Shown in pieces: positions 39,019 to 49,700 of a stretch of DNA of 64,000 nt. A program made the position numbers and the translations under genes. Source of the DNA: a virus; the IMG/VR virus record IMGVR_UViG_3300046753_000522, positions 1 through 64,000 of that record; one strand, 5' to 3'. Below the pieces are notes generated by a model. That model did not search any database. It worked only from the letters and a program-made list of their open reading frames with translations, and had not been told where the DNA came from. Positions within the stretch are counted from its first letter, which is position 1; each line of letters starts with the position of its first letter.

Positions 39019-41625
39019 TTAACTCACTCTGACGTATAATGTAAATGTTTCTATTGTTTCGGAAGTATCTATAAGAGTGTCACCAGCATATTGCCCAGTG
39101 TACTGGTTGGTATAGGATCCAGCGTAATCTCCGCTGTATGTGCGATCACCAGAGAAATACCGAAGTCCTGTGAACGCGCTCGCGCCAGTATACTGCGAAG
39201 AGAATACACGATCGCCTTGATACTGTATGTTTCCGACAAACTGGTTATCTGCTGTGTAATCGGTCGAGAATGTTCTCACTCCAGCGAATTGTCTTGTTCC
39301 TTGGAAGTTGGCAGATGTGCTGAAAGTATCTGGTTTGGTTCGACTTCCAGAGTATTGTCTCGGACCAGTGAAGTCTCCTGGAGTACTGAATGCTTGCGAC
39401 GGCGCACGATCGCCAGAGTAGTTACGAGGTCCAACGAAGTTTTCTGGTCGACCAAATGGTTGCGTCCTTGACCTACTACCAGAATATTGTCGAGGTCCAG
39501 TAAAGTCTCCTGGTCGACCAAATGGTTGCGTCCTTGACCTACTACCAGCAAATTGTCGACTTCCAGTGAAGTTACCTGGACCCGTGAAAGCATAATCCCT
39601 AACCCCAAGATACTGTACTGCGCGGTTTCCACCAAATGGTTGGTACACTACTCCAGGACGATACCAAGTTGTGTATCCGAGGTACTGGAATGGTCGATTC
39701 CCAGCAAAGACTCCAGGTCGAACGAATTGAGCAGGAACATTTTGGGTATAATAGACCACCCTAGGACCAGCAAAAGACCTTGGTGCAGTGAAGGAAGAAT
39801 TTCTTGCAAAACTTCCAGGACTTGGTGCTCCAGGTCGAACACCAGACCAGTTTAGCACAATTGTGCGACTCCCCGCGAAACTACGTGTGCCAGAAAATAC
39901 CGAGACGATAGGTTGTCCGCTAAGGTTGACCAGGGGACTGGAAATCGGTGGAACATAGTACACCGAACTAAAAGATCTTTGTCCCACAAACGATCCGTTT
40001 GGGAAGTAGTACACGGCGGTGAACGACCCATTCGAGGGTGAACCACCACGAACGCCCGAAAAATACCGTATCCCTTGAAAGACTTGTTGCCCACCAGCAA
40101 AATTTTGCGATACCACTCCAGGTCGGAAAATGATCTGGTATCCAGCAAATTGTCGCTGACCATTAAACTGCTGGGGCAAATACGCAGGGCGATAGTATGC
40201 AACTCCCCGAGAGTAATTTATCCCACGCGGTCCCGCAAAATATTGATATATTACTGCAGGTCTGTATGCTGGTCTTGGTCCTGAAAATGCCCGCTGTCCA
40301 CCAAAGGGTTGTGGACTTCTCGCGTATTGGTCAGAAAATGTTCTTGGTCCCGAAAAGGATCGAACCCCACCAAATGGTTGTTGACCTCCCGCGTACTCGC
40401 CAGAAAATGTTCTTGGTCCAGAATAGGATCGAACCCCAGCAAAGGTTTCTGGTGCACTAGCATACTGGCCAGAAAATGTTCTTGGACCCGAAAAGGTACG
40501 AACCCCAGCAAAGGTTTGAGGACTTCCTGCATAGTCTCCGGCAAAGTCACGCGTGCCAGCAAAAGAACGAACCCCAGCAAAGTCTGTTAGGGCAGAAGTG
40601 AAGTCGCCTGGATTATCTCTGAAACCAGAGAATCCCCGAACTCCAGAAAATTGTTCGGGAGGAGCACCATAAGCAGAGGAATACGTTCTGTCTCCAGCAA
40701 ATTGCCTCGTTCCCGCAAAGTCAGTGGGGTCAGAAGCATAGTCGCCAGCATAAGTTCTATCACCGCTGTACTGTACAGAAGAGAATCCGCTATACTGCCC
40801 AGCATACTGTTGACTCTCAGTAGTGTATCGAGTATCTACTGCTGCTCCTCTCGAAACCCAAGTTCCTGTATCTGTCGGTGCACCCTGCGCTGAACTTCTC
40901 AACTGGTAAGAACCAACCTGCCCTTGATCAAACTGTTTCCTGATCATTTGGCCAAAGGTGGTTGACACTTGGTCTTGGGTCATCGCCTGCAGACCATCGT
41001 TGTAGTCTGCCATTGGAATGACACCGTATGCGTCCCTGCGCACGTACATAGGAGAGCATGAGTCTGGCATAGTTCCAGAGGTTCTCTGCCAGATTGTATA
41101 TGAGGTTACTGCGCCATCAGTAGTTGTATCGGTGAATACATCACTAATAGAGGCGGTCCAGTCAGCACTTGGGGCAGATGCAGAGAGTCTGTATACTCCA
41201 GGATATTCTTGAGTTTCGATAATAGAAAGCAGAGAATTGCCGAGGGTTGACATTGTAGTCGAATTCATGTCACGAATACTTGTGGCAGAATCGGAATCCA
41301 CCACTGGACGACGGAACGCCGACAACTCATCAGTTTCTACCGTACCATCCTTTCTTTGAAAGAGATTGGTGGTTGTTGTTCCCACCGTGAGGGATGATGC
41401 TGGGTGCGTGCCCACAGGTTGCTCATAGAAAGTATTGACGAAACTGCCTATGAGGTTGTCGGAAGTGTCTCCCTCAACATTCAACGTAATTGAGGTGGCA
41501 GAATCTACGTCGGTTGCCAGATGTAACCCTGCTTGGTATGCAAGGTAATTGGCGTCCGAAGAAGATGCCCTCTTTAGATTACCGTTGTTATCCTTTAATA
41601 CGACCGGAGTTGAACTTTGAGACAT
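39019..41625 (-). CDS. F/Y-x-G-x-R repeat protein A (putative structural)
   Basis: Globular N-terminus of about 265 aa plus about 590 aa of aromatic-Gly-Arg repeats; paralog of 42914..45313; own late promoter. Confidence 0.8.
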   Translation of the reverse strand: MSQSSTPVVLKDNNGNLKRASSSDANYLAYQAGLHLATDVDSATSITLNVEGDTSDNLIGSFVNTFYEQPVGTHPASSLTVGTTTTNLFQRKDGTVETDELSAFRRPVVDSDSATSIRDMNSTTMSTLGNSLLSIIETQEYPGVYRLSASAPSADWTASISDVFTDTTTDGAVTSYTIWQRTSGTMPDSCSPMYVRRDAYGVIPMADYNDGLQAMTQDQVSTTFGQMIRKQFDQGQVGSYQLRSSAQGAPTDTGTWVSRGAAVDTRYTTESQQYAGQYSGFSSVQYSGDRTYAGDYASDPTDFAGTRQFAGDRTYSSAYGAPPEQFSGVRGFSGFRDNPGDFTSALTDFAGVRSFAGTRDFAGDYAGSPQTFAGVRTFSGPRTFSGQYASAPETFAGVRSYSGPRTFSGEYAGGQQPFGGVRSFSGPRTFSDQYARSPQPFGGQRAFSGPRPAYRPAVIYQYFAGPRGINYSRGVAYYRPAYLPQQFNGQRQFAGYQIIFRPGVVSQNFAGGQQVFQGIRYFSGVRGGSPSNGSFTAVYYFPNGSFVGQRSFSSVYYVPPISSPLVNLSGQPIVSVFSGTRSFAGSRTIVLNWSGVRPGAPSPGSFARNSSFTAPRSFAGPRVVYYTQNVPAQFVRPGVFAGNRPFQYLGYTTWYRPGVVYQPFGGNRAVQYLGVRDYAFTGPGNFTGSRQFAGSRSRTQPFGRPGDFTGPRQYSGSRSRTQPFGRPENFVGPRNYSGDRAPSQAFSTPGDFTGPRQYSGSRTKPDTFSTSANFQGTRQFAGVRTFSTDYTADNQFVGNIQYQGDRVFSSQYTGASAFTGLRYFSGDRTYSGDYAGSYTNQYTGQYAGDTLIDTSETIETFTLYVRVS

Positions 41626-41655
41626 TTTTTCAATGACCTAATCTATGCTAGTCCT

Positions 41656-41663
41656 TATTTATA
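41656..41663 (-). promoter_or_regulatory. T4-type late promoter TATAAATA
   Basis: Perfect consensus, intergenic. Confidence 0.85.
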
Positions 41664-41673
41664 CAGGTCTAGT

Positions 41674-42435
41674 TTAGGGATTATCGTCCTCCTGATCGAA
41701 TTTCTTTGCTTGACAGGAGAGGTGATATACAACAGTGTTCTCTGGCATCGGTTGCTTCGTTCTATCAAGGATTGCCCAGTAGTTCCAGCGCAAATCATTT
41801 TCGAAGATTCCGACCTTTAGGTCTTTATACTTGGGTTCTTTCTCAGTTAACCACCAAAGGGTAAATTGATCCCACATCGAAAGGTTTTCACGAGGATACA
41901 ATTCGTCGTCAGGTTCGCCCTGTTCGTTAGTTGGCCACCACTGATTCTTATTTTGTTTAATAAAGTACTCGTGCCAGTCTTTCATAAACTCCATCACCAA
42001 CGGATTGCTGCTATCATACAGGCAGACAGCACCACAAAGCGTGAAGGTTCCTCCAGGGAACTCAGTATCCTTGAACACATACCACCGATCCCTCGGCAAT
42101 CCCGTGAACATCATATCGTGGTCGCCAAGTTCGTCCCACACCTTTGCGATATCTTCGTGGATAACCTCAGAGTCAGCATCGATATAGAATGTGAGGTCGT
42201 ATGGAGTGTTCGCCATTCCCCACAACTTTTCTCGCACGCCGTTACCGCAAAGCAGAAGATCATCTGCTAGATCTGCTCTCTGGTCTAGAAATCTTTCTTC
42301 AGTTACGAGACAAACCTTTGCTTCAGGGTGATAGTCTTTAATTGACTCAACAACATTACAGGCAAAGGAGTAGTAGCGATAGTGCCTTGATCCGACTACA
42401 ACATAACCCCTAGTCTTTGATTGTGAACTCGACAC
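41674..42435 (-). CDS. Putative GT-A fold glycosyltransferase
   Basis: GYVVVG strand, SIKDYHP, K...TPYDLTFYIDADS (DxD), CGAVCLY, WDQFTL, RWNY, VVYH: GT8-like motif order. Confidence 0.8.
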   Translation of the reverse strand: MSSSQSKTRGYVVVGSRHYRYYSFACNVVESIKDYHPEAKVCLVTEERFLDQRADLADDLLLCGNGVREKLWGMANTPYDLTFYIDADSEVIHEDIAKVWDELGDHDMMFTGLPRDRWYVFKDTEFPGGTFTLCGAVCLYDSSNPLVMEFMKDWHEYFIKQNKNQWWPTNEQGEPDDELYPRENLSMWDQFTLWWLTEKEPKYKDLKVGIFENDLRWNYWAILDRTKQPMPENTVVYHLSCQAKKFDQEDDNP

Positions 42436-42871
42436 CGATTTCCTCCATCATAATCAATTGTGCATAACATTGCATCTCGAGCAAACTTTTAGATCTTCGA
42501 AGTTTACTCTTCAATTTCTTATTCTCGGTGTTTTTGACTTCTTCGATTTCGAGGATCCTTATCTTGGCATCAAATAGTTCTTCAAGTTCCCTTGCTTTTT
42601 GATTTGCCTTGCGTTCTTGTTCCTCGACTTCTTGCTCTTTTGCCTTACGAATTCGGCGCTCTTCAGTACTCGTGTCGATCGCCTCTTCACCGACCTGTTC
42701 CATCAACTCTTCCCAATCGGGGTTGACGTTCATTTCGGTGTCGAATTTACGGACCGTGAGAACCTGAGAAATTTCCCGACCTTCAGAGTCTGTGATGACG
42801 AGAATCGCTTCTGCGATCTCTTTCTCTTCATTATGCCAGAAGGCATTGTCTAACCACTTTCTTTTGCTCAT
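42410..42871 (-). CDS. Hypothetical protein with a charged helical C-terminus
   Basis: 153 aa, AGGAG RBS, overlaps the glycosyltransferase start. Confidence 0.7.
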   Translation of the reverse strand: MSKRKWLDNAFWHNEEKEIAEAILVITDSEGREISQVLTVRKFDTEMNVNPDWEELMEQVGEEAIDTSTEERRIRKAKEQEVEEQERKANQKARELEELFDAKIRILEIEEVKNTENKKLKSKLRRSKSLLEMQCYAQLIMMEEIGVEFTIKD

Positions 42872-42913
42872 TTCATTCTCCTATCATAAAGCAATGATGT
42901 AGTGTTATGTATA

Positions 42914-45313
42914 TCAGGTATCGGATACCCTACAGTACAGAGTGAAGGTGTCGATTGTCTGAATTTGTGATGTGATCGTTTGACCAGTATACTGGTTTGA
43001 ATACTGTGAAGTGTAGTTTCCAGCATAGACGCCAGTGTAAGTTCCACTGTATTGCGCAGTGTATGTAGTTGGAACTTGACCCGTAAACTGATTGTCACGA
43101 GGACCAGCGTAGGTTCCGATATAGTTTCTATCGCCCTGATACTGGTCCCCGCGCGAGGCAAAATTTCTGTCCCCTTGGTACTGCTTACCGTATGTCCTTT
43201 TACCTTGGAACTGAGTAGATCTGACGAATTGTTGTGTCGGAGAAGTAAAATCTCCAGGTTTTATTCTTGTGCCAGAGAAACTTCGGACACCAGCATATTG
43301 AATAGGCACAAGAGTATAGAATAATTGGTTTCTCACGTAGTTATTACTGAAACTTCTTTGCCCAGCAAATTGCTGCGGAGTGTTTCTTTGTCGACTTCCC
43401 TGGAAGGGGTATGGGAACGGACCGCCAAAGTTATTAGCATAATTGTATAATCTGTAACCTTGGTATGGTCTTGGATAGTAATACTCAACAGGGTAATTGG
43501 AGATGAAATTACGTTGACCTGTAAAGAAACTTGGAACGAATCTCACCCCAGCAAAGGCACGTGATCCTGCATAATATCCTGGAGAAGAATATAACACATT
43601 CCGTTGACCGTTATAGTATACGACTGAATAAGTCGAAAAAGATTCCCTGACACTAACAGGTTGATATGTTTCTCGACCCTGAATCGGAACGCCACCACTG
43701 GAGAAATTGAGGTTGTCATCCCCTTCGTCAACCACGGGGATGATCGGGTTGAAGAAGTAGTAAAACGGAGTTGGGGTTGGAGTTGGAGTTGGTCTTGGAC
43801 TTGGAGTTGGAGAACTATTGTAGCGGACTCCAGTATAAGACTGTGTAACTCCTCTTCCAAAGGGTAATTGTCCAGGACGATATAGTCCTTGGAACTGCTG
43901 AGGTCCGCCACCGAAATTGCTACCTACTGTGCGTTGAGCAGGCGTTGCCCTGTTTCCAGCAAAGGGGTATGGACCCAGTGTTCTATAGTTTGTGGCATAG
44001 GAAGATGTGACCCCGAACCCAGCGAATGGTTGAAGTCCTCCAGGTTGAACCCTGTATCCGCTAAATGCCCTTGTACGAAATCCGGCATAGTCGCCACCGT
44101 ATGAGATCTGGCGCACCCCAGCAAATGTTCTGTCTTTCTGGCGCGCACCAGAATAATATGAGGTTACGAAATTCGTAAGTGGTGTAAGACCCCCACGCTG
44201 AATTGGTCTTGTATAATCATCACTAAAAGATCTTTGCCCCGAAAACTGTCTGGTTCCGGCGAACTGCCTTGTTCCAGCATAGTCACCACTATAGTCTCTC
44301 TGTCCAGCATAGGTGCCTACAAAGTTCCGAGAACCTTGATAACTGCCAGTGTAGTTTCTGTCACCTTGGAAATTAAATGTTCGGAATCCAGAGTATTGAG
44401 TGTCGACGTCAGCGAAAGAGACGCCTGTATACTGACCAGTGTACTGCCCAGTGTATTGCCTCGTGTATTGAGGACTTGTAAACTGTACCGTGGCATACTG
44501 CAAATCTTGTACGATATGTTGTGTGTCAGTTGCTGTACCTCTTGCAACCCACGTACCGCTTGCTGTAGGCGCTCCCTGCGCCGAGGAGCGTAGTTCGTAA
44601 TCGCCCACCCCAGTTGTTGATTGACCGATCAAAAGGATCTCTCGTGCTATCTCCTTCGCCTCCTCCTTCGTTATCTCTCTTAGGTCAGGACTGACGCCAT
44701 CATTGAGAGCAACGGGGAAGTGCACGGGAATATTCGGTTCTTCTACAATAGAATTTTGTGTCAGTCTCCAGATATGATAGATGATATCGCCGGAAGTGCG
44801 AGTATCGGTGAAAGCAGAATCAATCCACTTTGTCCAACCAGAACCTGGAGATGACTGAGAGAGTTTAAAGGCACCAGCAAATGTGTTTACATGAACCTGC
44901 CCTGCGATTCTCTGCGCTAACTCGAGTATTCCCGCATCTTGCATTTCATATATTTCGCCGTCACTATCTGTTACGACAGGAATGGGGTAGGAACGGATAT
45001 ATCGAGTAGTGCTGGCAGAGTCTGCCATTTGATATAGGTTGGTGCTGATTGTCCCTTCACTGATAGAAGTTCCAGGGTGAGTCCCGACAGGTTCGTTATA
45101 GAAGGTATCGACATATGTGCCGATGAGATCCGCATTGTCAGAGTCAAGGGTTAGACTCTTGCTGTATCGGTCAGTCGTATTAGGATAAGTTGTGATTATC
45201 TTTTCCGATGCCCAATACGCCATCCATTCTTCTAATGCGGCATCAGACTGCTGTACACTTCCGTCTCCAGCGCCCGTCTTTAGAGTCAGCGGTATTGATT
45301 CATATGATGACAT
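42914..45313 (-). CDS. F/Y-x-G-x-R repeat protein B with a central Pro/Thr segment
   Basis: Shares TFYxxPVGTHP, YxLRSSAQGAPT..GTWV.RG and TIxTFTLYxRVS with protein A. Confidence 0.8.
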   Translation of the reverse strand: MSSYESIPLTLKTGAGDGSVQQSDAALEEWMAYWASEKIITTYPNTTDRYSKSLTLDSDNADLIGTYVDTFYNEPVGTHPGTSISEGTISTNLYQMADSASTTRYIRSYPIPVVTDSDGEIYEMQDAGILELAQRIAGQVHVNTFAGAFKLSQSSPGSGWTKWIDSAFTDTRTSGDIIYHIWRLTQNSIVEEPNIPVHFPVALNDGVSPDLREITKEEAKEIAREILLIGQSTTGVGDYELRSSAQGAPTASGTWVARGTATDTQHIVQDLQYATVQFTSPQYTRQYTGQYTGQYTGVSFADVDTQYSGFRTFNFQGDRNYTGSYQGSRNFVGTYAGQRDYSGDYAGTRQFAGTRQFSGQRSFSDDYTRPIQRGGLTPLTNFVTSYYSGARQKDRTFAGVRQISYGGDYAGFRTRAFSGYRVQPGGLQPFAGFGVTSSYATNYRTLGPYPFAGNRATPAQRTVGSNFGGGPQQFQGLYRPGQLPFGRGVTQSYTGVRYNSSPTPSPRPTPTPTPTPFYYFFNPIIPVVDEGDDNLNFSSGGVPIQGRETYQPVSVRESFSTYSVVYYNGQRNVLYSSPGYYAGSRAFAGVRFVPSFFTGQRNFISNYPVEYYYPRPYQGYRLYNYANNFGGPFPYPFQGSRQRNTPQQFAGQRSFSNNYVRNQLFYTLVPIQYAGVRSFSGTRIKPGDFTSPTQQFVRSTQFQGKRTYGKQYQGDRNFASRGDQYQGDRNYIGTYAGPRDNQFTGQVPTTYTAQYSGTYTGVYAGNYTSQYSNQYTGQTITSQIQTIDTFTLYCRVSDT

Positions 45314-45324
45314 AATCTACGCTC

Positions 45325-46494
45325 TTATGGATTCAACAACACGCCAGAACGATCGTATACGTTTGGAATCCTCGCATTTAATTCGTCGACTATTTCGTGG
45401 ATAGTAATCGAACTGATGTTTCCATTAGTTATACTACCAGGACCAGAAGATGGGATAGTTATCTCTCCCAAGAACTCTGCGTTGGCGCCAGTGAAATCGA
45501 TGGCAGTTGTTGTACCAGATTGTATCCTAAGTTCGCCATTGTTATCGACTAGTCTCGCATAGGTAGTGCCATCCTCTTTCAAAGTGAGGAACCCGTCGCC
45601 GTTGTCAAGGGTGATTCCTGAGGAGGCATCGACCACAAATGCGCCTGTCACATATCCAGTGTTAGTGGCACCCAGAGTCCAGTTGATTCTTTCTTGACCG
45701 CCATGCCTAAACTTGATGTTATTGCCACCAGCATCGAGAATGATATCATCTTCGGCATCGATTTCGACACCATCGTCGCCGCTGATCCTCATATACCCAA
45801 CCGCCTCAATAGTGGTAGAGTTTAAGAGGAAACGGAAGACGTCTACATTATCGTCTTTGAATACAATTGTGCCTGCGTCAGCATCGAGAACGATGTCTTC
45901 AGTGGCATCAATGACATAGTTGCCATTTGATGCGACAGTGTTAGTTGGACCCATCGTGTGAGTCAGTCTTGTTGCGGCACCATCGCGGAAGTAGATATGA
46001 TTTCCGTCAGCATCAAGAGTGATGTTTCCAGTGACGTCGAGTATGAAGTCGCCGTTGACCGTATTCTTCCAATCACCGTTCGTGATAATGTCTAACGCAG
46101 AGTCAGTAATGATCTGCCCAGCGTTTGCATCAAAGACTGCTTCGATCTCGTTGATAGCACCAACAACAGTCTTTGCTTCTGTGTGAGTCAATTGAGCAAA
46201 GTTACCGCCACCTGCGCCGTGCAGGTCACTATCCAACTCATTGATGGCGACTACCAGATCAGTCTTGCCATGGATAGGAAGCATGTCGGTCGTACAACCA
46301 TATCGGTCGACCGTTGACAATGCTTCTGTGGTGAGCATGTTACGATCACCAATAGCACTATCCAAGTATCGCAGATCGCTATCAACCACATCAGCGTTAT
46401 CGTTCATGTGGAAGATCATCTGCTGGAAAGTATCAGTTGTCTCGTATATAATATGAGGAACTTTTACTGCTTCTGTAGGATTGCTCGATGCCAT
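45325..46494 (-). CDS. Short fibre-like structural protein
   Basis: TTDTFQQ N-terminal motif, KTDLVVAINE/KTVVGAINE repeats, IxLDAxG beta repeats. Confidence 0.65.
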   Translation of the reverse strand: MASSNPTEAVKVPHIIYETTDTFQQMIFHMNDNADVVDSDLRYLDSAIGDRNMLTTEALSTVDRYGCTTDMLPIHGKTDLVVAINELDSDLHGAGGGNFAQLTHTEAKTVVGAINEIEAVFDANAGQIITDSALDIITNGDWKNTVNGDFILDVTGNITLDADGNHIYFRDGAATRLTHTMGPTNTVASNGNYVIDATEDIVLDADAGTIVFKDDNVDVFRFLLNSTTIEAVGYMRISGDDGVEIDAEDDIILDAGGNNIKFRHGGQERINWTLGATNTGYVTGAFVVDASSGITLDNGDGFLTLKEDGTTYARLVDNNGELRIQSGTTTAIDFTGANAEFLGEITIPSSGPGSITNGNISSITIHEIVDELNARIPNVYDRSGVLLNP

Positions 46495-46495
46495 T

Positions 46496-46720
46496 TTATT
46501 TTACCAATTCCTTGACAAGTTCTTTGAGTTCTGCGATCTCAGAACGGAGTTCTTGAACCTCCGACTTCATTCTCGCGTCCTCTATCTTCTTTAGTTTCTT
46601 TTGTTCCTTGCGCTCACGGGCGCGTTGTATCTCTCTCACATTGGTATTTATAATAGCACCCGTGGTCTCATCCTTATATAGATTTGGATGATGCACAATT
46701 TTCTTGTACTGTGAACCCAT
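46496..46720 (-). CDS. Small coiled-coil hypothetical protein
   Basis: LYKDETTGAIINTN plus a coiled coil; coupled to the VrlC-like gene stop. Confidence 0.75.
   Translation of the reverse strand: MGSQYKKIVHHPNLYKDETTGAIINTNVREIQRARERKEQKKLKKIEDARMKSEVQELRSEIAELKELVKELVK
46645..46652 (-). promoter_or_regulatory. T4-type late promoter TATAAATA (intragenic)
   Basis: Perfect consensus about 150 nt upstream of 45325..46494. Confidence 0.6.
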
Positions 46721-49700
46721 CAGATTACCGCAATTGCTCGAATGTTTCGGAGAACTGGTGTCTGAGTGGTATTCGTAGTCTTGAATACAACCTTCATCTG
46801 ATACTGCACAAAGTCAGGAAGATCTCCTCCAGGACCACCCGCCAACCAAGTGTACTCACTGAAGATGAGAGGATCAATTACCTCAGTCATCTCAGGATTA
46901 GCACGAGGGTAGACTTCTGGTTCGAGGTAAGTCCAAGGCACACTATAAAGGTCAGTATCTAAGTCCGCTGCAACTCGATAGTAGAAGTCGATGTTTGCTG
47001 CTGGGGGTCGATAGATCTGGGCAAAGACCCGTAATCCATTCGCGGCACTCGGCACACCGATGATTCGAGTGATGTGCTTCGATGGCGATGTACCCGCCAC
47101 AGGGTGTGTTTCAGGAACATAGATCGTAGGCACGTTGGGGAACAACTCGCCTGCCGTATTAGCAGAGTCGCGAGGTTGATTATCGATGAGACTATTTTTC
47201 ATCGTATAACCCATACCCTGTAGATCAATGAACGGCGAAACATCAGAAATAAACCCACGACCAAATAGACCCTGACTCGAGTCATCATTGATGCCAAAGT
47301 TTGAAGACTGTACACTGTTTAGCGTAGTGCCGACAATCAGCGATGGTTGGTTCTTACCCTCTTGCACATCATTCTCTGCATCCTCGCATGCCATGTATCG
47401 AGGTTTGATAAAGCGATGCACCATACGGTTCTGGATCAACTGATTCTTAACATCGTAACGGGGGTCGTTGTTCTCAGTCAGATATGCCTCTGCCCAAGAG
47501 TATCCAGTAATGAACGATGCATCATATTGAATAAACGTGCTGGTCAGTTCAACTGCTTCCATGTTCATAGAACCGAGGTCGAAGTTGAAACCGTAGTTGG
47601 TGCGAACGGAGTCACTACCAAAGAATCCAGAATTGGCAGTGAATGTATCACCACCTGCGAGTTCTACAAAGTACCCACCAATGTCTGCTTCGGCAACTTG
47701 GTTGATTGGATTCATAATCTCTGAACCAGTAACTCCAGCGTATTCTTCGGTAGAGTCAAGACCAGTCATACCCACAACATCACCTACACCCAGACCATGA
47801 CCATAGTGATTTACTCGGAACCTTGTCAGATCGTTCTCGTCAACGTTGAGTGTAGTCGGTCTGTTGTGACGGAACTTCGGCAACGGTGCGTTGTAGAAGT
47901 TGGTCGTACCGCTTGGTTTGAATTTAGCGGTCTTAATTCGATATGCCAAGTCTTGGTTCTGCTTCGGCGTCCAAGTTGAACCGTTCTGCGACAGGAACAA
48001 TGAACCCTTCGCTGGTTGCTTGTGCACTCGGCGGTTTGTCTTACCGAGGTGCAGGTCATAGGTCGTGGCACAAAATGCTTGATACTTGTCGCACTCTGCG
48101 AGCAGCACGAACGCAAACTCAGCACCTGCCTGTAAGTAGAATGGTTCGGGGAACGTGAAGGTGACAGGGTTTGCCAGAACCTCATCAAGATCTTCGAGTC
48201 CGGCACCGTCTTTAATTCTTTGTACGACTTCGTAAACTTCGTCAGCACTAACGTATGCACGATGCTGCTCGCTGATAAAGTTATTGACGGGCACTCCGTT
48301 CTCAACGGGTCGGATTTGTATCTGTAATGGGATAGCAGGATCCATTCCACCGTTAGTGGAAGTCTTTGGCGCACTACGGATGAATACATCAATAGAAGTA
48401 ACGAACACTCCTGGAACTCCAAGAGAAGGATCGACCGTAAACGATTGTGCCAGAGGATCAAACCATCGTACTGTCTCTTCCCTGTCGAGGAAGAATTCAT
48501 TGGTGATCACTCGAGTTGATAGAACCTGTCTCTGAAGAATATTCAGTGAACCCTGACCACTGTAGGTCGTTCGTGCGCGCGAGAGAGCAAACTCTTCAGC
48601 GTTGTCAGAAACGTCAAGTAGTTTGACAGTCTGTGTGCCAGCACGGAACTTCCAACCGATATCGTTCATGACGCGAGCATCTTTAGAACCTTCGTATCTT
48701 GCTGATGCGTTTCTTTGTGCGGCAATCCAACCTTCCCACTCATCAAGGGTAGTGAACGTGTCGCCGCCAGGAACACGTGCTGTGTTGGGCAACCAGAAGT
48801 CAAACCAGAGTTTACCTTCTTCATCTGTCTTCAAGACATTAGAGGTCGCTGCGGTTGCAAAGGGGTGACGGTTAAGTGTTACGTCCACGTCCTCGTAGTT
48901 GCGGTTCATCACACCCTGGTTAAAGAGTGCCTGATATCCAGACTCGTCGGGAATAGAGATTACCCACTGAGATACGTCAACGTCGCCAAAGTACAACCAA
49001 AAACGAGTGTACGGACGCAGACCCTTTGCAGATCCGATAATGCGTCTCTGTCGCAAGAAGGGTAGGGCACCAAGAGATACTGTAACGTCACCAAGATCTT
49101 GTTGTACTACCTGATCGCTGACTACCTCGCTACGGATCGTTTCACGAACTGTTCGTACTCCTGGTTGCCAGAATTCAAAACCGTTCCAACGAATAACTCT
49201 TCTTCCTGGTTCACCACCCTGACTCTGCCCAGCACCTTGACCAGCACGAGGTCCGGCAATGTGTAGGGCAGGAATCTGTTCTTCCCAAGTTCTGGGGATA
49301 ACATCAACAGCGCCGATGTTTACGACTTGTGTACCACCATTGATAATATTATCGGGCAGTCTTCGTTGATCGATCCACCTATCAACAGATGGACGTACCT
49401 GTAAGAAACCCTCATTAGCAAATACGTTGAATGGGTTTACGTTGTAGTAACCACGCTCTTCGTAACTGCGGTCGTCCGAGTACCAAGAGATAACTTCCTG
49501 CTTCATGGTCTCGTCAAGCACTTCTTCGTGCTCGAGCATGATCAGGTCACCTTTGCGTACAATATCTTGATTTGTCAGTGTGGTTCTTTGTCTCTCGATA
49601 CCAATCCAGTTATCGGTTAGGGCAAGGTTATCTGAGTCCCACATTAAGTTGGTCTGCGACAACAACTGCTTGGGATAGATTTGCCTCTGCATCGGATCAA

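Noticed and set aside
39019-45313. RiPP-type precursor arrays or collagen-like proteins
   Set aside because: The repeats are not G-x-y triplets, no protease or transporter is nearby, and the repeat region is enclosed within a folded domain; a structural hairpin fits better.
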